A stretch of 43,507 nucleotides of DNA from a virus: positions 1 to 43,507 of IMG/VR virus record IMGVR_UViG_3300005260_000002, one strand, 5' to 3'. The first letter of the stretch is position 1; each line of letters starts with the position of its first letter. Under the pieces are notes generated by a model that did no database searches, was not told the DNA's origin, and saw only the letters and a list, made by a program, of their open reading frames with translations. The position numbers were made by a program, and so were the translations under genes. Below are positions 41,344 to 43,507 of the stretch, in pieces.

Positions 41344-42002
41344 GCGATTTTCTTCAGCGGGATTTCAACGTGCTGGCCGCGCTGTCCGTCAATTCTCAGA
41401 ACTTCAGCCTTCATCGGAGCGGGATCCATTGCGCGTTCAATTGGCACGGCAGCGAGGATGCGTTTTAACTTCGCCACCTGCACTTCGAGAGGCGACAATT
41501 CGAGCTTGCAGAGTTTCCGCAGCACGGCCGGCGAAGGCGGAAAATTGTAGTTCATCACGCCCATGCCGATTCCTTCGCATTCGCCCTTGTTCCAGCGCTT
41601 GATCGCCTTCGCGATCGACCACGGCGGGACGTCATCGAGTGCATCGAGATACAGGTCGAGCCGCGCCGAGCTCTGCTCCTCAGTGGTGTTGGCCGCCATT
41701 GGCGAACCCATCGCCATCTTGGTCACAAGCGACAATTTCGCCTTCGAGGATGCGATGGAATCCAGGTTGGTCCCCTCGATCACCGCCCGAATCTCTTTGA
41801 GGAGTGATGTCGATTGCTCCCGTTCCTCCTCGGTCAATTCCATTCCCAGAGGAAAATTCAGCCGCGTGGCTTGCCCCGGCCAGTTCACCGTTCCCAGCGA
41901 GTTGCTCAGCTTTTCGAGACGCGGCGGCAAGGAACGCAGAGTGTCCAGTTTTGCTTTGATTTCCAGTTCCGTTGCCATTACCGCCTCCGGGTTGAATTTC
42001 AT
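41340..42002 (-). CDS. Replication-module protein of unknown function (220 aa; alternative ATG 41978)
   Basis: High GC3 and natural composition throughout, including the 323 nt shared with the rep ORF. Confidence 0.65.
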   Translation of the reverse strand: MKFNPEAVMATELEIKAKLDTLRSLPPRLEKLSNSLGTVNWPGQATRLNFPLGMELTEEEREQSTSLLKEIRAVIEGTNLDSIASSKAKLSLVTKMAMGSPMAANTTEEQSSARLDLYLDALDDVPPWSIAKAIKRWNKGECEGIGMGVMNYNFPPSPAVLRKLCKLELSPLEVQVAKLKRILAAVPIERAMDPAPMKAEVLRIDGQRGQHVEIPLKKIA

Positions 42003-42618
42003 CGGCCCAGCACCCGGCGTTCAGCCATGTGGTGGGTTGTTTGATATATTTCGGATCGCTGTTGGTGACGGCGGCGGCGTATCGCTTCGCACCCGCCATC
42101 AGGTCGGCAAACGTGACGATGCCCGACTTGCGCAGCGTCACGAGTTTCTTCATCGCTGAAAGTTTTTCGGTCTTGCGTGGGTAAGCTGCCCAGAATTGAT
42201 CGCCATGATCGTCAGGCCAATCATCGACGCGCAGCGGAGATTTCTTCTCTCCCTCTGCTCTACTCTCCTCTGTCTCTTCTCTCTCTCTAGACAAGCGCTT
42301 TGGTAGCGGTGTGCTAGCAAGTTGCTCCGCTTTGTGTAGCTGTTGATCTACAACGATAAATCCACGCTGAGCCAAAAGGTCTAAATCAACCTTCGAATTG
42401 GCGTTGATGCGCCTTGCTACCCATGTTGGGTCATAGGGGATTTTGTTTTCGGAGCGACTTGCTAGCAACCAGATAGCAACAAGGTGCAGCTTCGTGGCGT
42501 CCGGCAGCAGCCCAAAATCGTAGTCGTCGAGAAGTTCGTTATAGAGCTTGATCCACGGCGGTGACCGATCCTTGTAGTGCTGGAATTTCTCGAAATTCTT
42601 GACGCTGAAGGTGTTCAT
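41680..42618 (-). CDS. Putative replication initiator / replisome organiser (312-aa ORF; the last ~100 codons overlap the next gene and look non-coding by codon bias)
   Basis: MNTFSVKNFEKFQHYKDRSPPWIKLYNELLDDYDFGLLPDATKLHLVAIWLLASR and C-terminal FWAAYPRK...KQPTTWLNAGCWADE are typical of prophage replication proteins. Internal iteron-like repeats. Confidence 0.6.
   Translation of the reverse strand: MNTFSVKNFEKFQHYKDRSPPWIKLYNELLDDYDFGLLPDATKLHLVAIWLLASRSENKIPYDPTWVARRINANSKVDLDLLAQRGFIVVDQQLHKAEQLASTPLPKRLSREREETEESRAEGEKKSPLRVDDWPDDHGDQFWAAYPRKTEKLSAMKKLVTLRKSGIVTFADLMAGAKRYAAAVTNSDPKYIKQPTTWLNAGCWADEIQPGGGNGNGTGNQSKTGHSAFLAAASRKAEQLAGNGELAGASHAAEFSSGNGIDRGGTGAIDITPQRDSGGDRGDQPGFHRILEGEIVACDQDGDGFANGGQHH
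42241..42480. other. Candidate origin of replication inside the rep gene: 48-nt polypyrimidine tract plus clustered AGCAAC/GCTAGCAA palindromes and TTGAT repeats
   Basis: Tract at 42241-42288. AGCAAGTTGCT at 42316-26. TGTAG-N8-CTACA at 42335-52. TTGCTAGCAA at 42459-68. TAGCAAC at 42474-80. Locally low GC. Confidence 0.4.
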
Positions 42619-42788
42619 GCATCCACCCCCAGGTATGGGCGCAGCGCCTCGGCGATGATCGTCTCGGGCTTCTGGTCCTGTTGGGCGGCATACCGTTCGA
42701 GAGCCACGGCGAGATCGCGCGCAAGCTGCACGCGGTACACGATCGGCCGGCTGGCGAGGTGCGCGACGGTTGCGGTGTTCTGCTTCAC
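42615..42788 (-). CDS. Ribbon-helix-helix-like small protein (57 aa, GTG start after GGAGGGAGG)
   Basis: IVYRVQLARDLAVALERYAAQQDQKPETIIAEALRPYL. GTGA and ATGA coupling at its two ends. Confidence 0.55.
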   Translation of the reverse strand: MKQNTATVAHLASRPIVYRVQLARDLAVALERYAAQQDQKPETIIAEALRPYLGVDA

Positions 42789-42988
42789 GCCTCCCTCCAA
42801 TACAGCCAAGCGAAATTATTGGAGCATCTGAGCTGCTGCTTGCGGCGCTTTACCAGCCCGGCCTCTGCCATCTCGTGGAGTTGACGCGAGACGTATGTCG
42901 GTCCGTACATGCCGAATGACTTCCAGATCGCCCGATATGGCTTCGCGTTCTGCGATCCGACCGGGATGTGCTGCATGAGGTCCGTCAT
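42785..42988 (-). CDS. Winged-helix-like small protein (67 aa)
   Basis: Internal ATG ([25 protein letters not shown]...) of ORF 42785..43015. ATGA overlap with the RusA stop. Confidence 0.55.
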   Translation of the reverse strand: MTDLMQHIPVGSQNAKPYRAIWKSFGMYGPTYVSRQLHEMAEAGLVKRRKQQLRCSNNFAWLYWREA

Positions 42989-43344
42989 GCCAGCGCCCTC
43001 AGCGTCAGCCGGCAACCGTGCGGCGCATCACCCCACTCGATGGTCAGGCGCTCGCAATGCTTGTCGTCGAGGATGATGTTGCGGCTTTGCGCCCAATCGA
43101 GCAGGCCCTTGACGCGGTTGTCGAGGTCACCTTGGCAACGCTTGACGACGATATCGGCTTCAAACTTGCCGACGATCATGCGGACGCCTTTGAAGGCGCC
43201 AAGCGACATCGCCAGCGCGTCGGCATTCTTCTTCCACCGGTCATATTCCGGGCTTATCGACACGCGCTTTGGACCCGCGCGATTGGCGCGCCAGATGCGA
43301 TTGACGGACGGTGGGACCGGCAGATCGAAGACGATTTCGGTCAT
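42985..43344 (-). CDS. rusA: RusA-family Holliday junction resolvase (119 aa)
   Basis: [11 protein letters not shown]...[26 protein letters not shown] is the RusA signature. Confidence 0.85.
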   Translation of the reverse strand: MTEIVFDLPVPPSVNRIWRANRAGPKRVSISPEYDRWKKNADALAMSLGAFKGVRMIVGKFEADIVVKRCQGDLDNRVKGLLDWAQSRNIILDDKHCERLTIEWGDAPHGCRLTLRALA

Positions 43345-43507
43345 TTGCCGGCCTCGAACAGCGGCAGCATCCCGAGCGCCTGCATGTAGGTTTCGAGGAT
43401 GGTTTCGGCTTCCTCGCGCTCGTTGGCGTCCTGCTTGCGCAGGCGCACGATGGTGCGCAGCGCCTTGACGTCAAAGCCGTTGCCCTTGGCCTCGGCATAG
43501 ACGTCGC
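43341..43507 (-). CDS. gapR: GapR-like DUF2312 protein, 3' part (joins 1..187 through the 99-nt overlap)
   Basis: ...[23 protein letters not shown] stop. AAATGA overlap with the RusA start. Confidence 0.85.
   Translation of the reverse strand, partial: DVYAEAKGNGFDVKALRTIVRLRKQDANEREEAETILETYMQALGMLPLFEAGK
43409..43507. repeat. Terminal direct repeat copy 2 (identical to 1..99)
   Basis: Exact 99-nt identity read from the sequence. Confidence 0.9.

Larger units (their letters stand above)
1..43507. mobile_element. Complete temperate phage / excised prophage genome, circularly closed assembly (unit 43408 bp), podovirus-like structural module with lambdoid-style immunity, recombination, integration, replication and lysis modules
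   Basis: Integrase, repressor switch, terS/terL, portal, capsid, tail, holin/endolysin all present. The ends overlap exactly and one gene spans the junction. Confidence 0.85.

Noticed and set aside
42335-42352. TGTAG...CTACA arms shared between the rep-gene palindrome and the RHH promoter palindrome (39312-39326)
   Set aside because: The spacing differs (8 versus 5 nt) and the arms are only 5 bp, so a common binding protein cannot be claimed from the sequence alone.

Overview
The window is a complete, circularly closed temperate phage or excised prophage genome. The unit length is 43,408 bp: nt 1-99 are repeated exactly at 43409-43507, and a GapR-like gene reads across that junction. The sequence is high-GC and probably alphaproteobacterial, because it carries a GapR/DUF2312 homologue.

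Layout:
1. Immunity switch at 1.4-2.4 kb: a Cro-like gene on the minus strand, an XRE cI-like gene on the plus strand, and five AGGAC-N5-GTCCT operators over sigma70-like promoters.
2. Plus-strand early-left operon, 2367-11829: many ATGA/GTGA-coupled small genes, a PD-(D/E)XK RecE-like exonuclease, a Sak4-like ATPase, a lower-GC block of Ead/Ea22-like unknowns, DUF4326, a Xis-like gene and a tyrosine integrase. It ends at a nested-palindrome attP/terminator candidate.
3. Minus-strand early-right operon, from 1704 across the junction down to 39501: HTH proteins, GapR-like, RusA, RHH, and a replication initiator with an internal ori-like repeat cluster.
4. Minus-strand late operon, 38129 down to about 11931: terS, terL, podovirus-type portal, Bbp19-like, scaffold and capsid. 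These are followed by T7-order tubular A/B-like genes, three internal virion proteins and two fibre-like genes. A six-gene lysis/envelope cassette (GH24 endolysin, holin, lipoprotein, CHAP peptidase) closes the operon.

The late operon is interrupted by a plus-strand GT2 glycosyltransferase moron and a low-GC AP2/HNH-associated DNA-binding gene. I found no tRNA, rRNA, CRISPR array, reverse transcriptase or phage RNA polymerase.

Most interesting observations:
- A strand-specific motif, G-R-GTGCGTTG-Y-C, occurs 7 times. Six copies lie in intergenic gaps of the late operon. Three copies lie exactly 31 nt from ATGs that lack a Shine-Dalgarno (SD) sequence, and five of the six intergenic copies are followed by a hairpin. 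It is a candidate phage-specific late promoter or regulatory system.
- Cleavable-looking Sec signal peptides sit on fibre-like and structural-module proteins.
- A second regulatory island at 38.5-39.8 kb has a near-consensus promoter placed to give a leaderless RHH mRNA.

Functional calls rest on motif recognition from memory. No database search was run.
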